A stretch of DNA of 64,000 bases from Promethearchaeota archaeon (GCA_048941185.1 JBHLNW010000003.1:31238-95237), one strand, 5' to 3'. Positions 30,502-40,657 are shown, numbered from the stretch's first letter. Numbers and translations: made by a program. The notes: a model not told the origin generated them from the letters alone.

Positions 30502-30904
30502 GACCTTGAATATCTTTTCTTTTAATAAAAATTTAATCGAAGTTAGATTAAAGTGTCCTGATATAAAGGTAAATTTAGATCTTACTTTTAAATAGAATCA
30601 ATTTTTATAATGAAAAAACCATATTAACCTAATCTAGAGGTTTGATTTTCAAAATTTCTTCTCTTTCTTTTCCTTTTATATTTCGAATCGAATATAGTGT
30701 TATTGTAGAGGAAACTCCTTTTTTTCAGAAAGCTTTTACATAATTTAAGACTTTTTCTTTATTTTTATCAACCATATTGTCTTTAAGTGCCCTTCCAAAT
30801 GCTTTTCTTATTAGAGCTTATTTTTCCCAAATTAAATTATTATGCTATAAAATCTTTCTATATTCATTTTATTACATTTTTTAATAGAACTTTAAGAATT
30901 ATTT

Positions 30905-31438
30905 TTAATATTCAATTCCATATCGAGCTGTAATACCTTTTGAGGAGTAATAATGCTTAATCATTCTCATCTCGGTTACTAAATCAGCTAACTCTTTAAT
31001 TTTAGGATGCATTTGAGGCCCACCTGTTAAGATTAGCTCAACCTTTTCTGGTCTATTTTTAATGAGTTCTAGTACAGGTTCGACAGGTATTACATTCATA
31101 GATATTGCAACTCCAACTTCATCAAGAATCACGATGTCATATTCATCACTCATTACAATTTCTTTTGCGAAATCTAGAGCTTTTTTACCTTCTTTTAGAT
31201 CAAATTCTCCTGGCTCAGCTATAAGATCTGGGCTCCCAAATTGCTTTAGTTCAAAATTGGGTATTTTTTTAATTGCTTCAATCTCACCGTATTTGTAATT
31301 ACCTTTCATGAATTGAATCATAAATACCTTGAATCCATGCCCCGTAGCACGTATTCCTTGTCCTATGGCAGCAGTTGTTTTACCCTTCCCTCGTCCAAAA
31401 TAAACTTGAACTAATCCCTGTTTTAATCTCTTTCTAAT
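30905..31438 (-). CDS. cobO: Cob(I)yrinic acid a,c-diamide adenosyltransferase (CobO/BtuR); probable ATT start
   Basis: The track ORF (IQFMKG, ILDE, ELILTG, ADLVTEM..IKH, GIEY) lacks the P-loop. The frame continues upstream as IRKRLKQGLVQVYFGRGKGKTTAA to an ATT after GAGGT, with an in-frame TAA just upstream. Confidence 0.9.
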   Translation of the reverse strand: MRKRLKQGLVQVYFGRGKGKTTAAIGQGIRATGHGFKVFMIQFMKGNYKYGEIEAIKKIPNFELKQFGSPDLIAEPGEFDLKEGKKALDFAKEIVMSDEYDIVILDEVGVAISMNVIPVEPVLELIKNRPEKVELILTGGPQMHPKIKELADLVTEMRMIKHYYSSKGITARYGIEY

Positions 31439-31667
31439 GGTGAATTACCTCTACTAATTTATGATAATATATATTTAAAAAAAATGACAATAATATTATT
31501 TGATTCTTATAAGTTAGGATGTTAAGAATAAACATTTAATTACTATTTAATGCTACTATTATTCGTAGCAATCCAAATAATAAAATTAAATTTATATAAA
31601 ATTGGAGTGAAAAATCACTTCTAAATTAAATTATCTAAATTAATAATAAATAAAGGAGTGAAGAAAT

Positions 31668-31994
31668 ATGCCTATGGTTATAATACATACTCAATGGCCT
31701 CATAGCGAAGCTGAAGCAGTTGGGAAGGCTTATCTTGAAGTCATGAAGAAATATCCTGTAGATAAGTCCCTCTATAAAGCAGCTGTACCTTCATGTGTCA
31801 AAGCGACTAAGAAAGGTTTTAAGGCTCTTGCTGTGGATGATGTGAAAGAAGGAAAACTTCAGGAAACTTTAGATTTGGTATACAGACGGATGCTTATGTT
31901 TGGAAATCTTGTCAAAAATCTCAAGTATGAAATTGAGGTTTTCATGTCTGGAGTAGAGGCAATGCCAATGATAGGGCTTAAAATGCCAGAATAA
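31668..31994 (+). CDS. Small alpha/beta hypothetical protein
   Basis: Strong SD (AAGGAGTG) before the ATG; 108 aa; no confident family. Confidence 0.7.
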   Translation: MPMVIIHTQWPHSEAEAVGKAYLEVMKKYPVDKSLYKAAVPSCVKATKKGFKALAVDDVKEGKLQETLDLVYRRMLMFGNLVKNLKYEIEVFMSGVEAMPMIGLKMPE

Positions 31995-32207
31995 GTAAAA
32001 TGAGAAAATAATTTTTAAAATAATTTTTTTTCTAATTTCTATAAAGTTATATTAATTAATCCTAACCTTTTCCAACTTTAAATAAGATGCTGAATTTAAT
32101 CTTTTCATTCTATTTAATTTGTAATAAAAATCTATTTCGCTTAAAAATTAATCTAATATAATTATAGAATTATTCCTAAATTTATTTAAATTTATTATAA
32201 TTTCAAG

Positions 32208-32684
32208 TTAAAATTCTTTCATATTATAGATTTCATTATTTATTTTAATAAGACCTAATCGACCTGCTGAAAAAACTATAAATAAATCAAGGATCATCAA
32301 AAAAGGGATAGGAAAGATAATAATAAACAAATTATCTCCATGTTCATTCAGAATAAATATTCTAGGTATAGATAATACTAAAGTAAATAATTCACTAAAT
32401 GCACCACTCAAAATGAACCATTTTTTGTTATAGTTATATTTTCCAATAATTAGTAGGAAAACATATATTACAAATATAAGTCTGAAAACACAAAAATCAA
32501 AATAGTACTGAAATGCACTGAAAAATCTTATTGAATACCATGCAGGGCTAAGAGGAACTTCCCATATCATTGAAACAATACTGTTTGGTCCTTGTGGAGC
32601 AAGATCTATCATGATACCAAACGGAAGGAAAAAAACTACTAGAATGGTTAAAATACCAATCATAATTGATATATGTCTTTTCAT
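32208..32684 (-). CDS. Hypothetical membrane protein (about 4 TM)
   Basis: Hydrophobic segments throughout. Confidence 0.6.
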   Translation of the reverse strand: MKRHISIMIGILTILVVFFLPFGIMIDLAPQGPNSIVSMIWEVPLSPAWYSIRFFSAFQYYFDFCVFRLIFVIYVFLLIIGKYNYNKKWFILSGAFSELFTLVLSIPRIFILNEHGDNLFIIIFPIPFLMILDLFIVFSAGRLGLIKINNEIYNMKEF

Positions 32685-32741
32685 GAGACTATTCCCTATA
32701 ATGTACTTTTGTTTTCAATATTGTTTTATTTTTATATAATT

Positions 32742-33200
32742 CTATTTTTTACTTTTATACAATCCAACTATTTCAGCTGACATAATAGCGTGATCTTCCA
32801 TTTCTTCGTAGAAAGTCTTCCTATTGACACCCTTTAATTTATCAACATCTAACGCATATATCTTGAATACATATCTGTGTGTCCCACTTGGCGGTGAAGG
32901 TCCACCATAACCAGTTTTTCCAAAGTCCGTTTGCAACTGATCGCCCGGGATTGGGCCTCCTTGAGGGATTTCATTAATATGTTTTGGAATATTCACAACA
33001 AGCCAATGAATCCAATCACCTGCAGGCGCATCTGGATCATTACAGGAAATAGCAAAACTTTTAGTGTTCGGTGGTACCTTCTCCCATTTCAAATGAGGTG
33101 ATTTATTTCCTCCGCGTAATGAAAATTTACTATCTAATAATTGATCATGTTTAAAATCATTACTTGTTACTTTCACATAGGCAATAAGGATTAGTTTCAT
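32742..33200 (-). CDS. YbhB/YbcL (PEBP/Raf kinase inhibitor-like) protein
   Basis: NKSPHLKW, DPDAP, WIHWLVVNIP, GYGGPSPP, HRYVFKIYALD. The real start may be the GTG of VKVTSNDF. Confidence 0.92.
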   Translation of the reverse strand: MKLILIAYVKVTSNDFKHDQLLDSKFSLRGGNKSPHLKWEKVPPNTKSFAISCNDPDAPAGDWIHWLVVNIPKHINEIPQGGPIPGDQLQTDFGKTGYGGPSPPSGTHRYVFKIYALDVDKLKGVNRKTFYEEMEDHAIMSAEIVGLYKSKK

Positions 33201-33342
33201 ATTTAATTATTTGTTCTTATAATTGAATTTAATCAAAAAGCCAACTTATCCCATTGAATTCTGGATTTTATACACAATAATTTTATTTATAAAATTCATA
33301 TGGATCAATTAAGATTCAAATTAGAGAAAGAGGACTTTAAAA

Positions 33343-34713
33343 TTGAAGAGTTTTTTAGAAATTTATTCAACAAATACCAAAACAGGGTTTCAAATAGAAT
33401 TTCAAGGAGTTCAATATTCTAATATTTATGGAAAAAAAATTTGGAATTTAACACCCAATCAAACTTGTGAAGCCTTAAAGGATAATCTGGTTCTCGCAAC
33501 TACCATGCATTTACCTTTGATATACAATAGAAATAAAATTATATATTATTCAGGAAGACCTTTGCTAGAACCCTATTTTTTACAAAATTTTTTGAAGGAT
33601 ATTCCTTCTTGTACTGAAGTTGATGGTCTCAGTACTGATGAAATTATTTATAAATTTTTAAATACAGAATTTCAATTTATTAATCCAGAAATAGTGGTTC
33701 CCTCTGATAGACCTGTAGAAGGGGCATATAAAGCTTTAATAGGGATGAGTTTTGGGAAGGATAGCCTTTTAACTTATGCTGTTGCAGATGAGCTTGATTT
33801 GAAACCTGAAATGATATATGTTGTAGAACAAAGTTTAACATATGAAGAAAAACATAAAAAAAATTTAGCGACCGAGTTTAAAAAAGAATTCGCAAAGGAG
33901 TTGCATATCCTTACTCATGAAACAGGAAAATTAAGGGATTATAATTATTTAAAATTACCAAAATCTGAATTTGGGTGGGGTTTACAAAATACAGAATATG
34001 CACTTGAATTTATTCCTTTTGCATATGCATTCAATGGAAAATATATCTTTTTCGGCAATGAACAAACAACAGCGGCTTCTTATATGGATAGTTCAAATAG
34101 ATGGTTAATTTATCCCGCTTATGACCAATCACATCTATGGACAGTTCATATAAATCAAATAACTCAAATTTTCTCAAATCATTCAGTAAATACTGGAAGT
34201 TTAATTGAACCGCTAATGGATATGATGATACAGCGTATTCTTGTAAATCGTTACCCTGCAATTGCAAAATATCAAATGAGCTGTTTTACCGAAAATGAGT
34301 ATGGTAAAGATTATCATTGGTGTCACCATTGTTCTGTTTGTGCTAAAATGTATTTATTATGTGTTGGTAGTGGCATAGATCCTAAACTAATTGGATTAAA
34401 AAATAATATGCTCAAAAAAGAATTTAAAGAGCTTTATACTTTATTTGGAGGTAAGTCAAATCTCACATATGCTAATACAGAAATAGCTAGGGATGAACAA
34501 TTATTTGCTTTTTATAGTGCTACTAAAAAGGGAGTTAAAGGAGATTTAATTGATGAATTTAAGAAAGAAGGTTTATTTCAAGAAGCCAAAAGCCGAGAAG
34601 ATGAGCTTTTCACTAAATTTTGCTCCATTTATGAACCAATTTCACTTCCTAAAGAATTAAAGAATGAAGTTATGTCAATTTATAAGGAGGAAATATCACT
34701 TTTTGAATTATAA
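33343..34713 (+). CDS. PP-loop (adenine nucleotide alpha hydrolase-like) ATPase resembling MurL/QueC-type adenylating enzymes
   Basis: ALIGMSFGKDS (SGGKDS PP-loop), IFFGNE, SLIEPL, YQMSCF and WCHHCSVC occur in the same order as the MurL motifs (GGKDS, SNE, SLLRPL, SC, WCxxCxKC). GAGGA precedes the TTG start. Confidence 0.7.
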   Translation: MKSFLEIYSTNTKTGFQIEFQGVQYSNIYGKKIWNLTPNQTCEALKDNLVLATTMHLPLIYNRNKIIYYSGRPLLEPYFLQNFLKDIPSCTEVDGLSTDEIIYKFLNTEFQFINPEIVVPSDRPVEGAYKALIGMSFGKDSLLTYAVADELDLKPEMIYVVEQSLTYEEKHKKNLATEFKKEFAKELHILTHETGKLRDYNYLKLPKSEFGWGLQNTEYALEFIPFAYAFNGKYIFFGNEQTTAASYMDSSNRWLIYPAYDQSHLWTVHINQITQIFSNHSVNTGSLIEPLMDMMIQRILVNRYPAIAKYQMSCFTENEYGKDYHWCHHCSVCAKMYLLCVGSGIDPKLIGLKNNMLKKEFKELYTLFGGKSNLTYANTEIARDEQLFAFYSATKKGVKGDLIDEFKKEGLFQEAKSREDELFTKFCSIYEPISLPKELKNEVMSIYKEEISLFEL

Positions 34714-34780
34714 AATTTACTATTAAATAGATCCTAAATCTTTTATTATTAGTCTTGTTTATTTAATATTTGAAAATAAA

Positions 34781-35779
34781 ATGAAGATAGCAGTTATATT
34801 AAATACGAGAAGAGAAGATTCCGAATTCCAAATCGAATATGATCCTCCTCATACAATCCAATTAATAAAACATGGTATTGAAGAAATTGGTCATAATTAT
34901 GAATTTATTGAAGCTGATGAAAATGTTTTGGAAAATCTGAAAAAAGTTAAACCGGATTTGGTCTTCAACAGATCAGAAGGAATCAGAGGAGAAAGTCGAG
35001 AATCTCACATACCAGCAATGTTGGAGATGTTAAATATCCCCTATGTGGGTTCTAATGTGCTGACAACAGCTATAGGTTTGAATAAAACATGGGCAAAAAA
35101 GTGTTTAGCATATCATAAAATTTTAACTCCTAAATTTATTACAGTTTCAGATGTTAAAGATATTATCAATCTTGATATACCATTCCCCGTTATTTTAAAG
35201 CCAAATGAAGAAGGTTCTTCAATGGGGATAAATGAAGATAATGTTGTTTTTGATATTGATAATTTAAAAATTAAACTTAAAACTTTATTAAATAATTATC
35301 AACAATCGATTTTAGTTGAACAATTTATTCAGGGCCGTGAATTCAGTGTAGGATTATTAGGAAAACCTGGTGAAGATCCTGAAATATTATCAATTCTAGA
35401 AATAGATTATTCAAAACTACCTAAGGAAATTGGAAACATATTTGGGCAGAGAGCAAAAACCATGTATGATTCATTAGATCACTATATCTGTCCAGCTAAA
35501 ATTCTAAAAGACTTAAAGAAAAGACTGAAGATTATTTCAATAAACATTTATAAATATTTAGATATAAGAGATTTTGGGCGAATTGACTTTAGAATGAATA
35601 CTAAAAATCAAATTTACTTTCTGGAGATTAATCCACTTCCAGGTATGGATTTCGATCTTGATAACAATGATTTTTCATTTTATCCATATATGGCAATGAA
35701 GTCTGGATATAGCTATGATCAATTAATTCAACGCATTCTAGAATCTGCTTGTTATCGCTATGGTCTTAATTTATATTAA
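34781..35779 (+). CDS. D-Ala-D-Ala ligase-like ATP-grasp amide ligase
   Basis: PDLVFN..EG, LEMLNIPYVGS, PVILKPNEEGSSMGI, LVEQFIQGREFSV, RIDFR, FLEINPLPGM. Confidence 0.88.
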   Translation: MKIAVILNTRREDSEFQIEYDPPHTIQLIKHGIEEIGHNYEFIEADENVLENLKKVKPDLVFNRSEGIRGESRESHIPAMLEMLNIPYVGSNVLTTAIGLNKTWAKKCLAYHKILTPKFITVSDVKDIINLDIPFPVILKPNEEGSSMGINEDNVVFDIDNLKIKLKTLLNNYQQSILVEQFIQGREFSVGLLGKPGEDPEILSILEIDYSKLPKEIGNIFGQRAKTMYDSLDHYICPAKILKDLKKRLKIISINIYKYLDIRDFGRIDFRMNTKNQIYFLEINPLPGMDFDLDNNDFSFYPYMAMKSGYSYDQLIQRILESACYRYGLNLY

Positions 35780-35812
35780 TTAAAAAAATTATAATATAAT
35801 TTCGAACAATTC

Positions 35813-36349
35813 ATGAATTTAAAATTAAATCCATTAAATTTGAAAAGAAGTAATTCTATTTGGAGATCTCTAGAAAGGGAATTGAATAAAAAATTGAATG
35901 CTTCAATAAAATTAGTTTTTCCTGAATTTTGGAATAATAAATATTATGATTGGTTCCAAGAAATTGAAAAAATAGCCTTTAGAGAAGAGTTAAGATACTC
36001 ATTCAAAGAAATAGAAAAAAGATTACACAATGATAATATAGTTTTTTTATATCTTTTAGTTAATAATAAACTTGAAGCTACCCTATTAGGATATCTATTC
36101 CCTGATGAGACCAAACAAACATTTTTTCTCGATACTATTGCAGTCAAGAATTATGGCAAAGGGATTGGTTTTTTAATTTTAAAATGGTTCATTAAATGGT
36201 TGAAAAAAGAGAAATATAAGTTTTTGCGGGTAGAGACTGAAGAAATTGATGAAAAAAAAATTTTATTATATAATTTTTATAAAAATTTAGGATTTAACCT
36301 TAAAGAAAGAAATGATAATGGAAATTTGACGATGCTATTACGATTATAA
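35813..36349 (+). CDS. GNAT-family N-acetyltransferase
   Basis: FFLDTIAVKNYGKGIG (motif A) and NFYKNLGF (motif B). Confidence 0.8.
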   Translation: MNLKLNPLNLKRSNSIWRSLERELNKKLNASIKLVFPEFWNNKYYDWFQEIEKIAFREELRYSFKEIEKRLHNDNIVFLYLLVNNKLEATLLGYLFPDETKQTFFLDTIAVKNYGKGIGFLILKWFIKWLKKEKYKFLRVETEEIDEKKILLYNFYKNLGFNLKERNDNGNLTMLLRL

Positions 36350-36402
36350 CTTGATTCGTTTAATATTGATATTAATTAAAATTGAAATAAAAAAATCATG
36401 AA

Positions 36403-37362
36403 TTACTTAAAGTCTCTCCCAGTTAAAATTGCTACATAATTCCCTTTTAAAATAACCGCCCCTCTCTTTAGATTTGAAAGAACTGCTAAAGTACTTGTAG
36501 CAGCAGGTAAGGCATTTAAACCTTGTTCTTCTCTTAAAATTCGAGAAAACTCAATCATTTTCGAATCAGAAGCATAATCAGCAAACCCTTTTGATTCATA
36601 TATCGCATCTAAAGCTTCTTGACCATCATATGAATGCCAATTTGTTAAAGGTTCATTAACCTTACTTTCCCTAATTTCATCTGGAGCAAGATCTAGGACT
36701 ACTTTAGTATTTAATTTAAATGATTTAATTATAGGATTTCCTTTTTTGGTGCTTGTAGCTATTATTTTAGGTATTTTTGATATTTTTCCATCTTCGAATA
36801 GTTTTTTAAAGCCTCTATGAATTCCTGTTATGGTAGTTCCATTCCCTACTGGGCAAAAAACATAATCGGGGGCTCTTCTTAAGCTTCTATATAGTTCTAA
36901 GGAGATTTTAGTGTAAGCAAGAAACGAACGATCTTTTACTCTGGGTACACCTGGATTTGCATTATAATAGTCTTTATTTTCTGCAATTTCAGAGGAGTAA
37001 CTAACAGCATCCTCATAATGGCCGTCAATATAATGAATATGAGCATTAGCTTGATACAAGTAGTTTATTCTATTTTTCGAGGGATGATAATTTGTTGGTA
37101 TAAAAACATGAGTCTCTAATCCAAAATTTTTTGCTACATATGCTAATGCCGCCCCAAAATTACCACATGTGGCAGTTGTTATAACTTTATAATTATTTTT
37201 AACAGCATCTTCAATTAAAGCCAATGCAATTCGATCTTTTTGAGTTCCAGTTGGATTACTACCTTCAAATTTTAAATATAATCTTTCACATCCTAATAAA
37301 TTAGCTAGGTTTTTTGCCTCTGTAAATGTTGTATTTCCTATTAACTTCTTCAGTTCAAACAT
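36403..37362 (-). CDS. PLP-dependent fold-type II enzyme, threonine synthase-like (TCGN variant)
   Basis: LYLKFEGSNPTGTQKDR (PLP lysine), ATCGNFG, PVGNGTT, VAILTG. Confidence 0.85.
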   Translation of the reverse strand: MFELKKLIGNTTFTEAKNLANLLGCERLYLKFEGSNPTGTQKDRIALALIEDAVKNNYKVITTATCGNFGAALAYVAKNFGLETHVFIPTNYHPSKNRINYLYQANAHIHYIDGHYEDAVSYSSEIAENKDYYNANPGVPRVKDRSFLAYTKISLELYRSLRRAPDYVFCPVGNGTTITGIHRGFKKLFEDGKISKIPKIIATSTKKGNPIIKSFKLNTKVVLDLAPDEIRESKVNEPLTNWHSYDGQEALDAIYESKGFADYASDSKMIEFSRILREEQGLNALPAATSTLAVLSNLKRGAVILKGNYVAILTGRDFK

Positions 37363-37459
37363 TTTTTAAGGCTAACAACCACCAATCGAGTATATATCTT
37401 TTAATAACATAAAAAGTAGTATTATATCTTAATATTTTTGATTTAGTATTTATTTCGAT

Positions 37460-38698
37460 TTAAAGGTATTCTTTTCTAATTTTAGATTTTAATGCGAAAA
37501 ATACTATTAAAATTCCAAATATCAGATAAAGAAAATTCATATTGACCATAACTAACATTCCTATTAATGGATACAAAATTGCTTTTAAAACTCCTGATAT
37601 TACATTAATAGTGCTTAAAATTGTAGCCCTGTTATGTTCTTTAATCTGTTTATTAATTCCATTAGTAAATATTATATATCTTGATAATCCTAACCCAATT
37701 ACTATTAAGAATAGAAAGATAATTGCTGGAGCAAAATTAATTATAGCAATCAAAATATATCCTATCCCAGGAATAATAGTATTTATGAAAAGTAATTTCT
37801 TTTTATCCATATTGTTAGTTGTTAAATGTGGAATTAAATTTAAAAACATAAAGTGTGAAAGGGTTAAACCAGCGTCAATAAATCCAAAGTATAATACAGG
37901 AATACTGAATTCGAGAAGAATGTAATATTGATAAGTATACACTAGAAAAATTATAATTATTTCAATTATTATCTTTTCAAATACTAAAATCTTAAGAATT
38001 TTGTTCTTCCAAAGCAGGTGAAATCCTGATTTTAAAATGTGAGAAATTTTTTTTTCAGGATCGTTTATTCTGCTAGTTTTATGAATAGTAAAAGTAATGA
38101 ATAAGCAAATGAAATAAGGTATAATCATAATTAAAACTACTACTCTAATTGAAATTAAATTTGCAATAATCGAACCTAATGGTGCTGATATAATGATCCC
38201 TAATAAAAACATTCCATCATTTTTAGCAACAGTTTTCATAATTAGGTTTTCCTTTTCCATCTTTTTCAAATTTTCGTATACTATCGCTTCATTAGTTCCC
38301 GAAATTAAAGCATTACTAAATGCAAATAAGGTTTCTCCTACAAAGAAAAGTAGTTTATTTAAAGCTATTCCATATACAAAGGGAATTAAAAGATAAGATA
38401 TGCCTGCTAACATTAGAGCAAATTTCTTACTAATTCGATCGGCTATTATACCACATGGAATTTCTAATATAATTACAATTATTGCATAATAACTTTGTAG
38501 CAACATAAATTCAAAAAAAGTAAATCCACCATAAATTATGTAAAAAGGGATCAAAATCCCTGAAATAAGAGAAAATCCGATAAAGAAATTAAAGAAGTAT
38601 AATTTAATGATATTTGATTTATATTTCGATCTTTGAACCTTGTCCTTATTAATTATTAATAGTCTATTTTCAACATTATTTTCATGGACTAAGCTCAT
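37460..38698 (-). CDS. MFS transporter (probable exporter)
   Basis: LEIPCGIIADRISKK, SGTNEAIVYE, RATILS; about 12 TM helices; GGGTGA SD. Confidence 0.88.
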   Translation of the reverse strand: MSLVHENNVENRLLIINKDKVQRSKYKSNIIKLYFFNFFIGFSLISGILIPFYIIYGGFTFFEFMLLQSYYAIIVIILEIPCGIIADRISKKFALMLAGISYLLIPFVYGIALNKLLFFVGETLFAFSNALISGTNEAIVYENLKKMEKENLIMKTVAKNDGMFLLGIIISAPLGSIIANLISIRVVVLIMIIPYFICLFITFTIHKTSRINDPEKKISHILKSGFHLLWKNKILKILVFEKIIIEIIIIFLVYTYQYYILLEFSIPVLYFGFIDAGLTLSHFMFLNLIPHLTTNNMDKKKLLFINTIIPGIGYILIAIINFAPAIIFLFLIVIGLGLSRYIIFTNGINKQIKEHNRATILSTINVISGVLKAILYPLIGMLVMVNMNFLYLIFGILIVFFALKSKIRKEYL

Positions 38699-38818
38699 TT
38701 AGATCACCCTTAAACCAATTCAATTATCCAATTTTATTTCTTTACGTTTTGGCTTACCTTCTTTTTTTTAAATTAAATATAATTACTATTATTAGTATGA
38801 AATCTCCATTATGTTGAG

Positions 38819-38961
38819 ATTTCTGAGTTAGATTAGAACTTTTTACTTCCTATTAGCAATTCTATATGGGAGAATGTAAAAAGTCATAAACCTTTGAATT
38901 TTGAAACTTAAAGTCATATATTACTCATTTTAGGCGTCTTATCATAATCTAACTGAGAAAT
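38819..38961. repeat. 17-bp inverted repeat pair (1 mismatch) enclosing two AAAGTCATA direct repeats
   Basis: ATTTCTGAGTTAGATTA (38819-38835) versus TAATCTAACTGAGAAAT (38945-38961); AAAGTCATA occurs at about 38880 and 38910. Confidence 0.6.
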
Positions 38962-39779
38962 TGTAGACTCAAGAAAGCTATAATATCCAATAATTACCCT
39001 AACCGATATTATTATCCTCGAGATATTCCAGATCATTTGAAGACTCACCTAAATTATACTTTTATAATATACTAACTATTAGTAATAATATACCTAATTA
39101 ATAAATTAAAGAAATTGCAGATATTTAAATTTTTGTATTTTAACTACAATTTAGAGCTCTTTAAATTTCGAATGGCGCTTTTCAAACTATTAAATCTGAG
39201 GTTAGCCACTTTTATAAATTAAAGGGAGGTTAGATTTATAATTGTTATCCTAATTTTGTTTAAATTAGTATAAGCTCGACAATATTGAATTAAGGATATG
39301 ATTATATCTCAAAATTCGAAAAAGGCTTTTAATTTAATTAAAAATCTTCTAAATTATTAGTTTGGCTTTAAACCAAATTATGGAAGAATTAGAGCCAAAA
39401 CTAGAGAGAGTAAGATATAAACGGAAAATAAGTAAATGAAACTGATTCATAAATCCAAATTTGAAATGAGTCTATAGATATAAAAACCTTATTTCATAAA
39501 GAATGACATCATTATAGCTTTATTATGTGATTTGGATTTGTCTATGAGACTTATACTTTGAGTTCAGCTGTGTTTTATTTTCTAATGATGAATTAGCTTC
39601 AAGAATTTAGTTTAATAAGCAATTGTGAAAATAAGATAAATATTTGCTAAAATGTGAAGATAAAGATTTAAAAACTATTTAACTCAACTATTATTCATAA
39701 TAAATTATAAAATTTGTCGAGTCTTGTTACTACAGAACTCCGTTGTATTAAGAAAGATCAAAAATAATTCACTTTAAGA

Positions 39780-39790
39780 TTATATATAAA
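39780..39790 (+). promoter_or_regulatory. Probable TATA box for the DUF169/CoA-transferase operon (leaderless transcript)
   Basis: TTATATATAAA about 25 nt upstream of the ATG at 39807, with no SD in between. The background is AT-rich, so this is weak. Confidence 0.35.
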
Positions 39791-39806
39791 AATATTGGTA
39801 ATTTTC

Positions 39807-40574
39807 ATGGGTAAATTTGAGATTTTAGATAATCAACTAAATAAATATTTGAGATTGGCAACTTTTCCAGTTGCTGTTAAATTAATTCAGGATACAAAAG
39901 AAGTAGAAAACATGAAATTTCTTAAAAGACCTGAAAATAAAGTAGTGATCTGCCAGATTTTTAGTTACTCAAGGTATTATGGTTGGACAATGCTTTGTAC
40001 TAAAGAAGATAATTTATGCCCACTTGCAGGGATTTCAGTAGGATTTGAAGAATCTTATAAGTTATTTGAAGAAGGTGCTTTTTTTATAGGTAGATATAAT
40101 AAAACTAAGGAAGCTGCCAAAAAAACTGCGGCAACTATCCCTAAAATTCCATTTGGGAAATATAATGCTATTTTATCAGGAGCATTACATCGAGTTGACT
40201 TTAAACCTGATTTAATTCTAATATGGGCCAATTCTGCTCAAATAATGAGAATAATTCAAGGTTATTTATGGAAAAAAGGAGGAAGGGTTTCAATGTCTAC
40301 TTTCTGTGATGGTGTATGCGCAGATACAATATCAAGTGCGATGATCACTGGTGAATTACAAATTGCTTTCCCATGTTTAGGTGATCGTCGTTATGGAAAT
40401 GCTATGGATAGTGATTTAATAGCATCAATACCAATTGGAATTATTGATGAAATTATAGAAGGTATGGCAGAAACACATAAAGCAGGTACTAGATATCCGA
40501 TACCTTATCAAATTTCTGCTCCAGAATATTTTATAGAATTGAAAAAGCAATTAGATAAAGCAAAAAAGAACTAA
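39807..40574 (+). CDS. DUF169-family protein
   Basis: L.LATFPVAVKL, ICQ...SR.YGW, D.LCP, PDLILIW.N.AQIMR, CAD, PCLGDRRY. The ATG at 39807 is preferred over TTG 39795. Confidence 0.85.
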   Translation: MGKFEILDNQLNKYLRLATFPVAVKLIQDTKEVENMKFLKRPENKVVICQIFSYSRYYGWTMLCTKEDNLCPLAGISVGFEESYKLFEEGAFFIGRYNKTKEAAKKTAATIPKIPFGKYNAILSGALHRVDFKPDLILIWANSAQIMRIIQGYLWKKGGRVSMSTFCDGVCADTISSAMITGELQIAFPCLGDRRYGNAMDSDLIASIPIGIIDEIIEGMAETHKAGTRYPIPYQISAPEYFIELKKQLDKAKKN

Positions 40575-40657
40575 ATTTTGAAAGTTTTTTATGGCAAAAT
40601 TAACTGATTATATTGCAGCAAAAGAAAATTAAAATAGAAAAAGTGAGGGGATAATAA

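Noticed and set aside
30698-30775. Tiny minus-strand ORF MVDKNKKKVLNYVKAFLKKKEFPLQ
   Set aside because: Only 25 codons with no recognisable motif; it cannot be distinguished from chance or a decayed fragment.
33343-35779. Peptidoglycan biosynthesis implied by MurL-like and Ddl-like genes
   Set aside because: No murA-G, mraY or PBP genes are in the window, and the ligase lacks the canonical Ddl N-terminal GGxSxE motif. Only family-level similarity is supported.
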